From: an uncultured Gemmatimonadales bacterium
GTDB taxonomy: Bacteria > Gemmatimonadota > Gemmatimonadetes > Gemmatimonadales > GWC2-71-9
Direction: 5' to 3'
DNA: 64,000 nt
Assembly: GCA_963728915.1 (NCBI GenBank)
Contig: CAVSLV010000002.1
Location: 128,001 to 192,000, forward strand
Shown here in pieces: positions 52,619 to 63,608 of the stretch (position 1 is its first letter; every line of letters begins with the position of its first letter). Below the pieces are notes generated by a model. The model was given only the letters and a program-made list of their open reading frames with translations, did not search any database and was not told where the DNA came from. The position numbers and the translations under genes are program-made.

Positions 52619-53116
52619 ATGATTCGATTCACTCTCCTTCGTTGGTCCGTGCTGGCAGCCCTCCTCGCGGGCGGGTGCGGTGGTCCAACGCCCGCGACCA
52701 CACGCGTCGAGGGGTTGCCCTTCGATCTGGACGCAACGCGTCGCCTCATCGCGCAGCAGAACGAGCGCTTCACCAGGGCGCACGTCACGGGCGACATCGC
52801 CACGATCGATTCGATGTTTGCCCCGGACGCCAAGTCCTTTCCTCCCGGAGCCGCCACGGTGACCGGCCTCCCGGCGATGCACGCCTTCACCATGGAGTAC
52901 CTCAAGGCCGGCATCTCGGAGTTTCGCGAGGAGACCACCGATTTCTACGGGAACGCGGAGTATGTGGTTGATGCAGGCACCTACGAGGTGACCTACGGCC
53001 CGGCTCACGTGACCGAGCGCGGCAAGTACCTGAACGTATGGACGTACGTCAATGGAAGCTGGAAGATCAAGGCGAACATGTGGAACACCGACCCGCCCGC
53101 TCCGACGCCCAAGTGA
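52619..53116 (+). CDS. SnoaL/NTF2-like (DUF4440) lipoprotein
   Basis: AGGC lipobox and GKYLNVW...GSWKI. Confidence 0.8.
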   Translation: MIRFTLLRWSVLAALLAGGCGGPTPATTRVEGLPFDLDATRRLIAQQNERFTRAHVTGDIATIDSMFAPDAKSFPPGAATVTGLPAMHAFTMEYLKAGISEFREETTDFYGNAEYVVDAGTYEVTYGPAHVTERGKYLNVWTYVNGSWKIKANMWNTDPPAPTPK

Positions 53117-53787
53117 ATGGCCGCGTCTTCTCAGAAGAGCCGAGCGATCCGAGGCGCTTCACCCGCCGCTTCGACACCTTCTACACCCGTTTCGCTCGCG
53201 GGTACGACTTCCTCGTCAAGACGGTCCCCGTCTGGAAGACCTGGCTGAAGGCGGTCCTCCCGTATCTGCGGGGCCCGCGGGTGCTGGAAGTCTCGTTCGG
53301 CACCGGATATCTGATGACCCAGTACGCCGGGCGGTTCACCGTCTATGGGATCGACTACAACCTCCGCATGGTGCAGACCGCGTGTCAGAACCTGCGGCAA
53401 CGAGGACTCCCGGCTCACCTGCAGCAGGCGGACGTGGCCGCCCTCCCATATGCGACCGCCAGTGTCGACACCGTGGTCAACACGATGGCCTATTCAGGAT
53501 ATCCCGACGGGACAGCGGCGCTCCGCGAGATGACGCGCGTCCTGCGACCCGGAGGGCGTCTGATCCTGCTCGACGTCAATTTTCCTCGCGATGGCAACTG
53601 GCCAGGCACCCGATGTGTCCGCCTGTGGGCGCGGGCGGGAGACGTGATTCGCGACGTGGACAGGCTGCTGACGGGAGCCGGCCTGAGACACGAAGAACGT
53701 GAGATAGGCGGCTGGGGCAGTATCCATCTCTACCTCGGGACGAAAGAGCCGGCGCAGGCAGAAGCGCACCGCCCCAGCACCTGGTGA
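53113..53787 (+). CDS. Class I SAM-dependent methyltransferase
   Basis: VLEVSFGTG, ADVAALPY and EMTRVLRPGG. Confidence 0.88.
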   Translation: MNGRVFSEEPSDPRRFTRRFDTFYTRFARGYDFLVKTVPVWKTWLKAVLPYLRGPRVLEVSFGTGYLMTQYAGRFTVYGIDYNLRMVQTACQNLRQRGLPAHLQQADVAALPYATASVDTVVNTMAYSGYPDGTAALREMTRVLRPGGRLILLDVNFPRDGNWPGTRCVRLWARAGDVIRDVDRLLTGAGLRHEEREIGGWGSIHLYLGTKEPAQAEAHRPSTW

Positions 53788-53883
53788 CCACCGGCGCATA
53801 TCGCGTCAGCCGCAATCCGACGTACGTCGCGGTCCTGCTCATTCTGGTGGGATGAACCGGCGAAGCGAGCGTTCGCAAGGGGT

Positions 53884-54423
53884 CTAGGGGCCGCTGACGA
53901 GCTTGCCGTTCGTGGAAAGATCCGGATCGGTACAGGCCGCAAGGTTGAAACAGCAGGGACGCCGCTTTCCGCTGCTCATCTTGGAGATGCTCACCTCAAC
54001 CCGCCGCTTGCGAGTGTCGGGATTCCTGGTCGCGGAGACCCACCGCACCCATTCCCATCGCGCCATCGGGGTAATCGCAACCCAGAGGTCTTTGATCTTC
54101 TGTGGCGCATCGGCGAGCGCTGCTTTCAGGTCCGGCGGCAGGCGCGGTTCCGGCCACTTGTCGGTTGGCTCAATCGCGACGGTGACGGTGTCGCCAGCCT
54201 TGATCCCAGCGGCCCGTTGCACCCTGGGATTCACGCTCATCCAGTGGCCGAAATCGCCGTCGGGCTCCAGGACCGTCTCGAATGGGTGTCGGTTGATCAT
54301 TCCGTGCACCGCCACCTGACCCCGGGATGGGAGCTTCCTGCTCGCCGCCGCGGGCAGCTGCAGGATGGTCCGCCCCTTCGTGGTGCCCAGTGTGGCGTCG
54401 AAGCGAATGGCCGTCGTGGTCAT
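53884..54423 (-). CDS. DUF1905/YdeI-OmpD-associated family protein
   Basis: LPSRGQV, PEP.LP.DL..AL and TP.ARWEWVRW...TRKRR. Confidence 0.82.
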   Translation of the reverse strand: MTTTAIRFDATLGTTKGRTILQLPAAASRKLPSRGQVAVHGMINRHPFETVLEPDGDFGHWMSVNPRVQRAAGIKAGDTVTVAIEPTDKWPEPRLPPDLKAALADAPQKIKDLWVAITPMARWEWVRWVSATRNPDTRKRRVEVSISKMSSGKRRPCCFNLAACTDPDLSTNGKLVSGP

Positions 54424-54512
54424 ATCCTGAGTGATAATATTGCGGCGCGCACCGGACAATGCGTCCGCCCGGAAACCGCCGGGAGCAACAACACCACAGG
54501 AAAGGGCACGTC

Positions 54513-54755
54513 ATGAAGGCCGCGGTACTGCACTCGCTCACCGGACACGACCTCAAGGCGGAGTCCACCGGAAGCCGTCTGGTCGAGATCGGTGAAATAG
54601 CGGGCCCGACCATCTTCGAGGCCTTCCCCCAGATCTGGGCGCTCGCTGGCGATGGCGCTCTCCGTATCGATACCGAGCCGGTACCGCTCGCCGACGTAGA
54701 ACGCGCCTGGCAACAAGACGATGCAGGTGGCCGGAGAATGGTCATCATCCCCTAG
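54513..54755 (+). pseudogene. Zinc-binding dehydrogenase remnant (internal deletion)
   Basis: N-terminal MKAAVL joined to C-terminal PVPLADVERAW...GRR.V..P. Confidence 0.5.
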
Positions 54756-54856
54756 CCGGGCGGACACAGGACGATCCCCACTGTTGTCACGAGACAGGGA
54801 ATCCAGGCGTCACCATTCGGAGCGGAGCACGGCAACCTCATCAGGTCCGGAACAGC

Positions 54857-56132
54857 ATGCTGGACACGACAAGCGGAACACTCGTGCAGGGACACGTCGC
54901 GGAAGGCTGGGGGAAAGTCGCCGATATCTTCCGTGCCAACTTCGAAGGCAACCCCGGCGAGGTCGGCGCGGCGTGCTGCGTCTACGCGGGTGGTCGCCCT
55001 GTCGTCGATCTGTGGGGCGGCCTCGCCGATCGCGAGGCGAACCGTCCGTGGGAGAGGGACACCATCGTCGCCGTCGCATCCACGACCAAAGGCGCGACCG
55101 CGATCTGCGCCCACCTGTTGGTGCAGCGCGGCGAGCTCGATCTGGACGCTCCGGTGGTCAGGTACTGGCCGGAGTTCGGCTCTGCCGGCAAGGAGCGGAT
55201 CCCGGTGCGCTGGCTGCTTTCACACCAGGCCGGGCTGCCGATCGTCGACGGACCGCTGACCTTCGAGGAGGCCTGCGCCTGGCATCCGGTCATCCGGGCA
55301 CTGGAGGCGCAGAAGCCGGAGTGGGAGCCGGGCACCGAGCACGTCTACCACAGCGTGACCTTCGGGTTCCTGGTCGGGGAGCTCGTGCGCCGGATCACCG
55401 GCAAGTCGCTCGGTCGCTTCTTCGCCGACGAGGTCGCCGCCCCGCTCGGCTTGAGCGCCTGGATCGGGCTGCCCCAGGCAGCAGGAAGGACGAGTGGCAC
55501 CGATCGAGTATGCCGCTCCGTTAACGATGGAGGAGATGACCGCCGGGATGATCGAGAGCAGCGGCCTCGACAGAGACACGGTCATCGCCTGGATGAACGC
55601 TGTCTGGGGCCCGGACTCCGTGCAAGCCCGTGCCGGCGCGCTCGGCGGGGCCCTGGATCCCGCCAGCGGCTACATGAACACGCGCGCCTGGCGTGCTGCC
55701 GAGTTTCCCTGCTGCAACATGTTCGCCGACGCTCGATCGCTGGCGCGGATGTATGCGGCCACGGTGAGCAAGGTCGACGGCGTCCGGCTGCTCGATCCGG
55801 CGACGGTCGAGAGGATGACCGTCGTCCAGACCGACAGGACGCGGATGAACGGGCTTCCGCCGGGACTGGATATTCCGCCCGACCGCTCCTTCTACATGTC
55901 GCTCGGGTTCTGGCGGGCCTGCCCGCCGATGCCCTGGGTCGGGCCCGGGTCGTTCGGTCATCCCGGCTCGGGCGGATCGGTCGCCTTCGGCGACTCCGAT
56001 GCCGGGGTCGGCTTCGGCTACGTCACGAATCTGTGGTCCTTCCGGATTGGCGAACCACGGGCGTCGAACCTGGCCGCGGCGGTCGTGGACTGTCTCGGGT
56101 GGCAACCCAGGAGTCCGATCCGAAGCCGATAA
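54857..56132 (+). CDS. Serine hydrolase, EstA/class C beta-lactamase-like (frameshift near 55483)
   Basis: VDLWGG, STTK, LLSHQAG, YH and FGHPGSGGS. Confidence 0.88.
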
Positions 56133-56243
56133 ACAACCAACGGCATGCTCGTCCAATCCTGACACGCTCTTCCCATAGGGCCCCCCCTCCCGCAGGACGC
56201 CGTGCGTCGTGGGTGTTAGACTTGCCCGGGGAGGACTGTCGCC

Positions 56244-57974
56244 ATGAGCCGATCGCACCCCCGGTGGTCCACTGCGCGTTCCCGTTCGGGCCTGCGACGG
56301 CTGCTCGCGATTGCCATGACCGCGCTCTACGCGGCGTGCTCGGGGGGAACCACCGAGACTCGCACCGTGGCATCGGTCCGGGTGAACCCTGCTTCCCAGT
56401 CGATCCAGGTCGGACACTCGGTGCAGCTCACCGCATCTCCCGAGGACGGGAACGGCGCGGCGGTCACCGGTCAATCGGTCTCCTGGAGCTCGGGGAGTCT
56501 GGCGATCGCCACCGTCTCGGCCAGCGGCCTGGTGAGCGGCATTGCGGCGGGCGGTCCGGTCACGATCAGCGCAACCGCCCAGGGAGTGACCGGCTCCGCG
56601 AGCATCACCGTCACCCCCGTGCCGGTGGCCCAGGTGACGGTCACCCCGGCGAGCGTATCGATCATCGCGGGCGCGGCGACCCAGCTCGTCGCGGCCACGA
56701 AGGACGCTGGTGGGACGGTCCTGAGCGGTCGCCCCGTCACCTGGACCTCGAGCAACAACGCGCTTGCCACCGTCTCCGCCACCGGCCAGGTCACGGGCCT
56801 GACCGCCGGCGGACCGGTCACCGTCACGGCGAACAGCGAAGGCATCACCGGCACTGCTGCCGTCACGATCGAGGCGGGGACGGTGTACGATGCCGCCAAC
56901 GACATCAGCTGGCTGACCGATGCCGACCTGCCGGCCAGCAACCGCTTTGGTGTTCCGCTCTGCACCGGCACCGGCAACCAGACCTGCGTCAACCCGAGCG
57001 GCTCGATGCGCTACGATGCCGCGGTGGCATGGGTCGCCGGCATGAACGCCGCCAACTACCTGGGGCACGCTGACTGGCTGCTCCCCACGTCGCCGGTCAC
57101 CGACAACAACTGTGGCCGAGTCGGACCGAATGGCAACTCGTTCGGGTTCGGCTGCACCCGGAGCGCGCTGGCAACCATGTACGATGGCCTCGGCCTCAGC
57201 CCGCCGAATAGCGCGGTTCCCATCACCACCAGCACCATCGGCCCGTTCAGCAACCTTCAGCCGTACCTCTACTGGTCGCAGACGACCGCTTCGGCGACCA
57301 GTGGCAATGCCACCTTCTCGTTCGCGACCGGCTGGCAGGGCGCGAACACGCTGCCGAATTTCCTGTACGCGTGGCCCATGACCCCCGGCAAGCTCGCCGG
57401 CACTCCCGCTGCCAGCGGCTCCGGTCTGCAGATCAACCCCGGCGGCCAGACCATCTACGATCCAATGACGGATGTCACGTGGCTGGCCAACGCGAACCTG
57501 GCCGCGAGCAACCGGTTCGGTCTGCCGGTATGTACCGATCCGCTCACTCCGGCGCTGTGCGTCGCGGCGGACGGGGCGATGACCCTCGCGTCCACCGCCC
57601 AGTTCCTGGCAAACATGAATGCCGCGGCATACCTCGGCCAGACCAACTGGCAACTGCCGGCCATTGACGCGGCCTGTCCCGGTTACAACTGCTCCGGGGT
57701 GCAGAACCCAATGGGGAACCTGTTCTACACCCAGCTGGGCCTCCTCCGGGGAGGCACGGTGGCCTCGCCCCACGAAACGGTTGGCCCGTTCCACAACATC
57801 CAGCCGTATCTCTACTGGAGTTGTGCCGCGCCCACGATTCAGAGCACCTGCGACCCCGATGGCGCCGCGCCGAACTTTCAGTGGAGCTTTTCCTTCGGCA
57901 GCGGGTTTCAGGGCACCGATCTGCTTGCGAACTCGTTGTTTGTCACCGCCTATCATGTCGGTCGTGGCGGTTAG
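56244..57974 (+). CDS. Lipoprotein with two Big_2 domains and two DUF1566/Lcl-like repeats
   Basis: AAC lipobox, WSS..IATV, and a duplicated YD...WL.DA.L...W.LP...FSF..G.QG unit. Confidence 0.8.
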   Translation: MSRSHPRWSTARSRSGLRRLLAIAMTALYAACSGGTTETRTVASVRVNPASQSIQVGHSVQLTASPEDGNGAAVTGQSVSWSSGSLAIATVSASGLVSGIAAGGPVTISATAQGVTGSASITVTPVPVAQVTVTPASVSIIAGAATQLVAATKDAGGTVLSGRPVTWTSSNNALATVSATGQVTGLTAGGPVTVTANSEGITGTAAVTIEAGTVYDAANDISWLTDADLPASNRFGVPLCTGTGNQTCVNPSGSMRYDAAVAWVAGMNAANYLGHADWLLPTSPVTDNNCGRVGPNGNSFGFGCTRSALATMYDGLGLSPPNSAVPITTSTIGPFSNLQPYLYWSQTTASATSGNATFSFATGWQGANTLPNFLYAWPMTPGKLAGTPAASGSGLQINPGGQTIYDPMTDVTWLANANLAASNRFGLPVCTDPLTPALCVAADGAMTLASTAQFLANMNAAAYLGQTNWQLPAIDAACPGYNCSGVQNPMGNLFYTQLGLLRGGTVASPHETVGPFHNIQPYLYWSCAAPTIQSTCDPDGAAPNFQWSFSFGSGFQGTDLLANSLFVTAYHVGRGG

Positions 57975-58059
57975 GGAGGAGGGGAGTTGGACGAGGCAAC
58001 CAAAGCAAACCTCGGGTTGTCGCGGCCAGGGCGCTGCACTCCCCAGGATCTGATGCGGC

Positions 58060-58891
58060 ACATCACCATCATTTCGGCGGACAGCATGAAGGGGCGGCGG
58101 TCGGCGCGGCGGGGGTGGTGACTTTCCAGGACGTCCCCCTCGAACCGGGCGGTGAGCCCGGAACCCGCAACATCATCGCCAGTATCCCGGGAACGGTGGA
58201 TGAGTGGGTCGTGGTGACGGCCCACCACGATGGGCTGGGCATCGGGAAGCCCAACGCCCAGGGCGACAGCATCTACAACGGCGCCAACGACAACGCGGTC
58301 GGCGCGGCGATCGCGATCTGCGTTGTGGGCGAGTTTCAATCGCCTTCCCGGCGCCGCGGGGTGATCGTGGTCCTCACCGGCGCCGAGGAGCGCGGGCACC
58401 TGGGTGGGCGCTATTGGGCGGAGCATCCGACCGTCAACCTGTCGAAAGTGAAGTTTGCGGTCAACCTCGATGCGATCGGGGTGACCGGGCCCACCGAGGA
58501 TTTCATCGCGTATGGAAACGGCCTGCTGACGGGTGCGGACTCGATGCTGAGCGCTGCCGGGGCTCGCGCCGGATTCCAGCTTACGACCGTCTCCTTCGAG
58601 TCCAGGATGTACTGGGCCTTCGATTCGGCCGAGCTGGGGGCGGTCGGAGTTCCAGCGGTGACCATCGGAGCGGGGACCCGGCCGCCATCCGGGCCAGGAC
58701 CCCCGCCGGCGGCCGGAATGCCCCCGTTGCGTCAACGGTACCATTCCCCGTCGGATGAGGTGGCACCCGACTGGGAGCCGGTCGCCATCCGGCGCTACGC
58801 CGATCTCGTGGCATCGGTCCTCGACGCCGCACGGACCCAGACGGGCACCATTCAGCTCAAAGTGCCTAACCCGTACCAGGTCAGGCCCTGA
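58060..58891 (+). pseudogene. M28 metallopeptidase, N-terminally truncated or start unclear
   Basis: TAHHD, NGANDNA.G, AEERG, NLD and YHSPSD. Confidence 0.7.
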
Positions 58892-58919
58892 GTGGACCTC
58901 GCCCTGACGAATGGTCAGC

Positions 58920-58988
58920 GCAGTGAAACGCCGAATCGATGCAGCGACCGGGAAACGGCTTTCGGGACACACCGAGGTCCGCTACACT
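58920..58988 (+). promoter_or_regulatory. Putative LytTR-type direct-repeat promoter
   Basis: GCAGTGAAAC...GCAGCGACC at 21-bp period, with TACACT 63 bp from the start. Matches 60985-61053. Confidence 0.6.
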
Positions 58989-58999
58989 GGGCTCGACCC

Positions 59000-59794
59000 A
59001 TGCATCGGAGATTCAGCGTGCAACCGCCCTTTCGATTGGGATTCGTTCTCGCCGCGCTCGCCTTCGGACTCACTCCCGGAAGAGACGCCCTCGTCCGCGC
59101 CGCCGCAACCCACATCGTCCGCCGCCACGACCGGCCCGACAGCCTCTACCTCGCCCTCGGTGCGAAGTATCCCGCCGTGGGGATTGTGGGCCGGCGCGGC
59201 GATGGGACGCTCATCGCCCCCACCTGGGTGCTCACCGCGGCGCACGTAGCATTCGACCTCGATACCAGCCGGGTCCGAATGCGTTTCGGAAGTCGGGAGT
59301 ACCACATCCGCCGAGCGGTCACCCATCCGGATTGGCGAGAGCTTGGACCGCATGACGTGGGATTGCTGGAGCTGACCGAGCCGGTGGAGGGGATCGAGCC
59401 GCTGGAACTGTATGCGGGGAAGGACGAAGCCGGGAAGACGATGGTGCTCGTCGGTCACGGCGACGTGCGCCCGATGGGTGGCCAGGGTGGGGAGTGGATC
59501 CGCGATGGGCTTGCCCGGGCGGCCACCAACGTCGTCGTGGGAATCGACAACGGACGGCTGGTCTTCCGCTTTGACGCGCCGCCGCGAGGCACGGACCTCG
59601 AGGGGACGCCGGGCCGGGGAGACAGCGGCGGGCCGGCGCTGCTCGTGGTGGGGGGAAAGCCGCAGGTCGCGGGGGTGAGCTCGGCGGGGTTCGATGGCAC
59701 CAATGGACCGGGCACCTACGGTGCGGTGGACCACTTCACGCGGGTGTCGGAGGCCTTGAGCTGGATCCGCGGGGTCCTGGCTGCACGCGGGTAG
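59000..59794 (+). CDS. Trypsin-like S1 serine protease
   Basis: LTAAH, DVGLL and GDSGGP. Confidence 0.9.
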   Translation: MHRRFSVQPPFRLGFVLAALAFGLTPGRDALVRAAATHIVRRHDRPDSLYLALGAKYPAVGIVGRRGDGTLIAPTWVLTAAHVAFDLDTSRVRMRFGSREYHIRRAVTHPDWRELGPHDVGLLELTEPVEGIEPLELYAGKDEAGKTMVLVGHGDVRPMGGQGGEWIRDGLARAATNVVVGIDNGRLVFRFDAPPRGTDLEGTPGRGDSGGPALLVVGGKPQVAGVSSAGFDGTNGPGTYGAVDHFTRVSEALSWIRGVLAARG

Positions 59795-59829
59795 AGTCGC
59801 GGTTGGTCAGCACCCGGGACTCACGGATT

Positions 59830-60882
59830 TCAGTGGGCCCTCGCCCAACCCACGATGAAATCCAGATAGTCGGGGAGGAGTCGGTGATCGGGCGTCTGGA
59901 TGTCATGTCCGACGCCTTCGAAGACGCGAAATTGGTAAGGCATCGAGCCCCGTCGTCGCAACGCCGGTTCGATGACGGCGCGCGAGTGGTCGATCGGCAC
60001 CAGCTCGTCCTGCGCGCCGTAAATCACCAGGGTGGGAAGGGTGAGCGACTCGTACAAGGTGCTGTAATCGACGAACGACGACTTCGACCGGTACAGGTCG
60101 AAGCCGCCGGGGTTTTTGGCGACCGCCGCGGCGAGCTCGGCCGGTGTGAAGAGCCGGCCTTCGCCGGTCATGTCGTCCCAGAACCGATTGGTCACGACAC
60201 GATGGAACCACGACATGCCGCGGTAACGGTCGACGGTGGCCTGCGCCGCCCGATACCCTCGCCCTGAGGCGTAGTAAAGCGCCGTCACGATGTGGATGGT
60301 GTCGGCCGCGCTGGCCTCGGCCTCGGACAGCCCGAGGGCGCGCATCTGGCGGTGCAGAAAGTAGGTGACCTGCTCATGGGGATTGACGCCGGCGGGACTG
60401 ACCAGGATGGCGAACGCGGCGCCGGGCTTCTCGCGGAGCGCATAGGGAATCACCCAGCCGGCCTGGCTGATGCCCCACACGCCGACGCGCTCGACGCCGG
60501 GGAGGCCGCGGGCAAAGCGGATCGCCGCCGCGGCGTCAGCTCCCAGGGCGCGGAAGTCGGTGCCAGTAGCAACGCCCGTCGAGGCTCCGGTACCGCGCTT
60601 GTCGTAAGCGAGGACGCCGATTCCCGCGGCCGTGAACGCCATCGCGAGGGCCTTGGTGTCGTCATCGCCGATCACCGATACATCGCCCGAACCGGTGACC
60701 GCGACGAGAACGGGATACCGCTCGACGCCCACCGGCGCGTACAGCCGGCCGGACAGCTCCAGCGCGCCGGACCGAAAGCGCAGGTCGCGCGTGGTATAGA
60801 CAGCAGATTGCGCCAGGCCCTGGGATGCGGCCGTCACGAACAACGCCAGGATAGCGACGGGGCGGATAGGTCGCTGGCTCAT
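59830..60882 (-). CDS. Secreted alpha/beta hydrolase (S9/S15-like)
   Basis: YDKRGTG.S, GISQAG, G..DELVP and GVGH. Confidence 0.88.
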   Translation of the reverse strand: MSQRPIRPVAILALFVTAASQGLAQSAVYTTRDLRFRSGALELSGRLYAPVGVERYPVLVAVTGSGDVSVIGDDDTKALAMAFTAAGIGVLAYDKRGTGASTGVATGTDFRALGADAAAAIRFARGLPGVERVGVWGISQAGWVIPYALREKPGAAFAILVSPAGVNPHEQVTYFLHRQMRALGLSEAEASAADTIHIVTALYYASGRGYRAAQATVDRYRGMSWFHRVVTNRFWDDMTGEGRLFTPAELAAAVAKNPGGFDLYRSKSSFVDYSTLYESLTLPTLVIYGAQDELVPIDHSRAVIEPALRRRGSMPYQFRVFEGVGHDIQTPDHRLLPDYLDFIVGWARAH

Positions 60883-60984
60883 GGTGACCTCTTGGGAGGG
60901 TATGAACGATTGGACGCCGAACGCCAGTTCTTCGCAGTCAGACGCACCCCGGTCAACTTCTCCCGGGTCGACGCCCCGCTTGCC

Positions 60985-61053
60985 GCAGTGAAACGCCGGA
61001 TCGGTGCAGCAAACGGAAACAACTTCCGGAGCGCCCCAATGTCCCGCTACAAT
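60985..61053 (+). promoter_or_regulatory. Putative LytTR-type direct-repeat promoter
   Basis: GCAGTGAAAC...GCAGCAAAC, with TACAAT 63 bp from the start. Confidence 0.6.
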
Positions 61054-61082
61054 ACGATCAACCGTGTCCGAGGTCCTGCGTA

Positions 61083-62762
61083 GTGCGTAACCGATCGGTA
61101 CTGCAGATCCTGCTCGCCCTCGGCCTCGTTAGCCATCTTGCGGCTCAGGCCGACATCCCCGCACTCCGCCACCGCGCCGACTCGCTGCTCGAGCACGGCC
61201 GCTTCGACGCGGCCAGGATCACGCTGGCCCGGCTGGTGCTGCTCCAACCGGACGACGGCAGACACTGGCTCCACCTGGGAGACGCCGAGGCCGGGCTCGA
61301 TCATCCCGCCGAAGCCATCGCGGCGTACCGCGCGGCGCTGGAGCTCGGATTCGGCTCGCGGGCTGAGCGCTGCTATACCATCGCCCGGCTCTACACCAGG
61401 CTCGGCTTCCGCGATTCGACCATGGCGTGGCTGGCTCGCGCGCTCGACGCCCGTTACGAGCATCGACCTTCGATCGGCGGCGATTCGGTCTTTGCCGCGT
61501 ACCAGCACGACCCCGAGTTTCGCCGGCTGGCCGGCCTGCTGCCGGAGGCTGCCCTAACCCGCGATGAGGGGTGGCGTTTCGACATCGCATTCCTGGCGGA
61601 CGAAGCCAGGCGGATGGCGACCGGGCCGCACCCGGTGGCTCGGACCACGCAGTTCGATTCCGCCGTCGCCGCCGTGACCGCTCGGGTGAACCAGGTCAGT
61701 GACGCGCAGATGTACGTCGAGCTGCAGCGGCTCATGACCATGCTGGGCAACGGCCACAGCATCCTGTTCCCATTCCCGACCAGACTGGTGACGCTGACGA
61801 TGCTGCCGATCGATCTCTATCGCTTCAGCGATGGGGTCTTCGTGGTGGGCCGGCAGGATACCGTGGGAACACCGGGCATTGGAGCGAAGGTGGAGCGAAT
61901 TGGTGATCTCTCCGCGGAGGAGGCGCTGGAGCGAATCGCACCGCTGATGACCCGGGACAATCCGATGGGACTCCGCTGGAATGGTCCCTACGTTCTCACC
62001 TATCCCTTTCTGGTGCACTCGCTGGGGATCGACCACGGGGCAGACAGCAACACGGTTCAGCTCACCGTACAGAGCCCGGGCGGCAGGACCGGGGTCGTGA
62101 CGCTCAGCGGGGGAGACATTCGGGAGCCCCCCAAGCTCATGCCGCCACCGGGAACGAGCGGCCAGCCGCCACTCTACCTTCGGCACCCCGACCGACCGCA
62201 GTGGCTCCAGCCGCTACCGGACGCCGCCGCGCTCTACGTTCAGTACAATCAGGTCGTCGACGGTGAGCGGGTGTCGATCGCGGCCTTCGCCGACAGCATC
62301 CTGGCCTCGGCCCGAAGGACGGGAGCTCGGAACCTCATCGTCGATGTGCGCCGCAACAACGGAGGGCATGGCTATCTCAATCCACCGATGGTCCGGGCGC
62401 TGGTGAGGTTCGAGGCCCTGGGACCGGGACACCAGATATTCCTGGTCGTGGGCCGGAACACCTTTTCCGCGGCGGGCAATTTCATCAACGCGGTCGAGCG
62501 CATGACCAGCGCGCTCTTTGTGGGTGAGCCGTCGAGCTCGCGTCCGAATTCCGTGGGAGAGGACACCGAGCTCCGATTGCCCTGGAGCGGATTCACCGGA
62601 AGCATGGCGTCGCGATACTTCCAGGACTCGGATCCCCTGGACGATCGGGTCTGGATCCCGATGGACATTCCGGTCGCCCTTTCCTCGGCCGACTATTTCG
62701 CGAACCGGGATCCCGTCCTCAGCGCCGTCCTGGAGTACATCCGCGCCCACCCGGCCCGCTAG
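61083..62762 (+). CDS. TPR-containing S41-like peptidase
   Basis: N-terminal TPR, DVRRNNGG, TFSAA, VGEP and RDPVL. Confidence 0.8.
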   Translation: MRNRSVLQILLALGLVSHLAAQADIPALRHRADSLLEHGRFDAARITLARLVLLQPDDGRHWLHLGDAEAGLDHPAEAIAAYRAALELGFGSRAERCYTIARLYTRLGFRDSTMAWLARALDARYEHRPSIGGDSVFAAYQHDPEFRRLAGLLPEAALTRDEGWRFDIAFLADEARRMATGPHPVARTTQFDSAVAAVTARVNQVSDAQMYVELQRLMTMLGNGHSILFPFPTRLVTLTMLPIDLYRFSDGVFVVGRQDTVGTPGIGAKVERIGDLSAEEALERIAPLMTRDNPMGLRWNGPYVLTYPFLVHSLGIDHGADSNTVQLTVQSPGGRTGVVTLSGGDIREPPKLMPPPGTSGQPPLYLRHPDRPQWLQPLPDAAALYVQYNQVVDGERVSIAAFADSILASARRTGARNLIVDVRRNNGGHGYLNPPMVRALVRFEALGPGHQIFLVVGRNTFSAAGNFINAVERMTSALFVGEPSSSRPNSVGEDTELRLPWSGFTGSMASRYFQDSDPLDDRVWIPMDIPVALSSADYFANRDPVLSAVLEYIRAHPAR

Positions 62763-62771
62763 ACTTCCTCG

Positions 62772-63581
62772 ATGCCGGCGCCACCACGTCCGATCACGGT
62801 TCTGGTCGTGGACGACGAGCCGCACGCCCGCACCGGGCTGGTGCGGCTGCTCGCGGGCCGCCCCGACCTGGCGGTGGTGGGCGAATGCGGCGACGGCCTC
62901 TCCGCCATCAAGGCGATCCGCGACCTCGCCCCCGACCTCGTTCTCCTCGATGTCCAGATGCCACCCCCCGATGGGCTCGGCGTGGTGCGCGCCATCGGCG
63001 CGGCGCAGATGCCGGCGGTCATCTTTGTCACCGCGCACGATCGCTTCGCGGTGCCGGCGTTCGATGCCCACGCGGTCGACTATCTCCTCAAGCCGTACAG
63101 CGAGCGCCGGCTCCGGGAAGCGATCGGCCGGGCCCAGGCCCTCCTCGAGTCCCGCCGCCTGGGCGACCTGGCGCGCCGGCTGCTCGGCGTCCTCGAAGCG
63201 CGGAGCGGTTCGGAGGACCCCGGGGCCAGAGTTCCTGACGACAGGATCGTGGTACGGAGCGTCGGCAAGACGGAAATCGTGCGGGTGGCGGAGCTGGTGC
63301 GGATCGAGGCGAGCGGCTACTGCGTCCGGCTCCATACCCGTACCCGATCCCTGGTCCATCGCGAGGCCCTGCGTTCCCTGGAGGCGCGTCTCCCCAAGTC
63401 CCGGTTCGTGCGGATTCACCGCTCCTCTATCGTGAACGTCGAGCAGATCCGCGAGGTTCGGGTGCTATCGAGCGGGGAGCACGAGGTCCTGCTCCGGGAT
63501 GGCTATCGCCAGAAGGTGAGCCGAGACCGGTGGGCAGCGGTGAATGCCGTGCTCCGGAAGTGGCAAGGGCAGACTCGCTGA
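62772..63581 (+). CDS. LytTR-family response regulator
   Basis: VVDDE, LDVQMP, FVTAH, DYLLKP, FVRIHRSSIVN and VSR. Confidence 0.93.
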   Translation: MPAPPRPITVLVVDDEPHARTGLVRLLAGRPDLAVVGECGDGLSAIKAIRDLAPDLVLLDVQMPPPDGLGVVRAIGAAQMPAVIFVTAHDRFAVPAFDAHAVDYLLKPYSERRLREAIGRAQALLESRRLGDLARRLLGVLEARSGSEDPGARVPDDRIVVRSVGKTEIVRVAELVRIEASGYCVRLHTRTRSLVHREALRSLEARLPKSRFVRIHRSSIVNVEQIREVRVLSSGEHEVLLRDGYRQKVSRDRWAAVNAVLRKWQGQTR

Positions 63582-63608
63582 CACGTTGAACACGTCGTGC
63601 CGGCGCGG

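Noticed and set aside
55521..58061. 846-aa minus-strand ORF and similar long antisense ORFs (e.g. 13585-15270)
   Set aside because: Shadow ORFs of GC-rich genes on the opposite strand.
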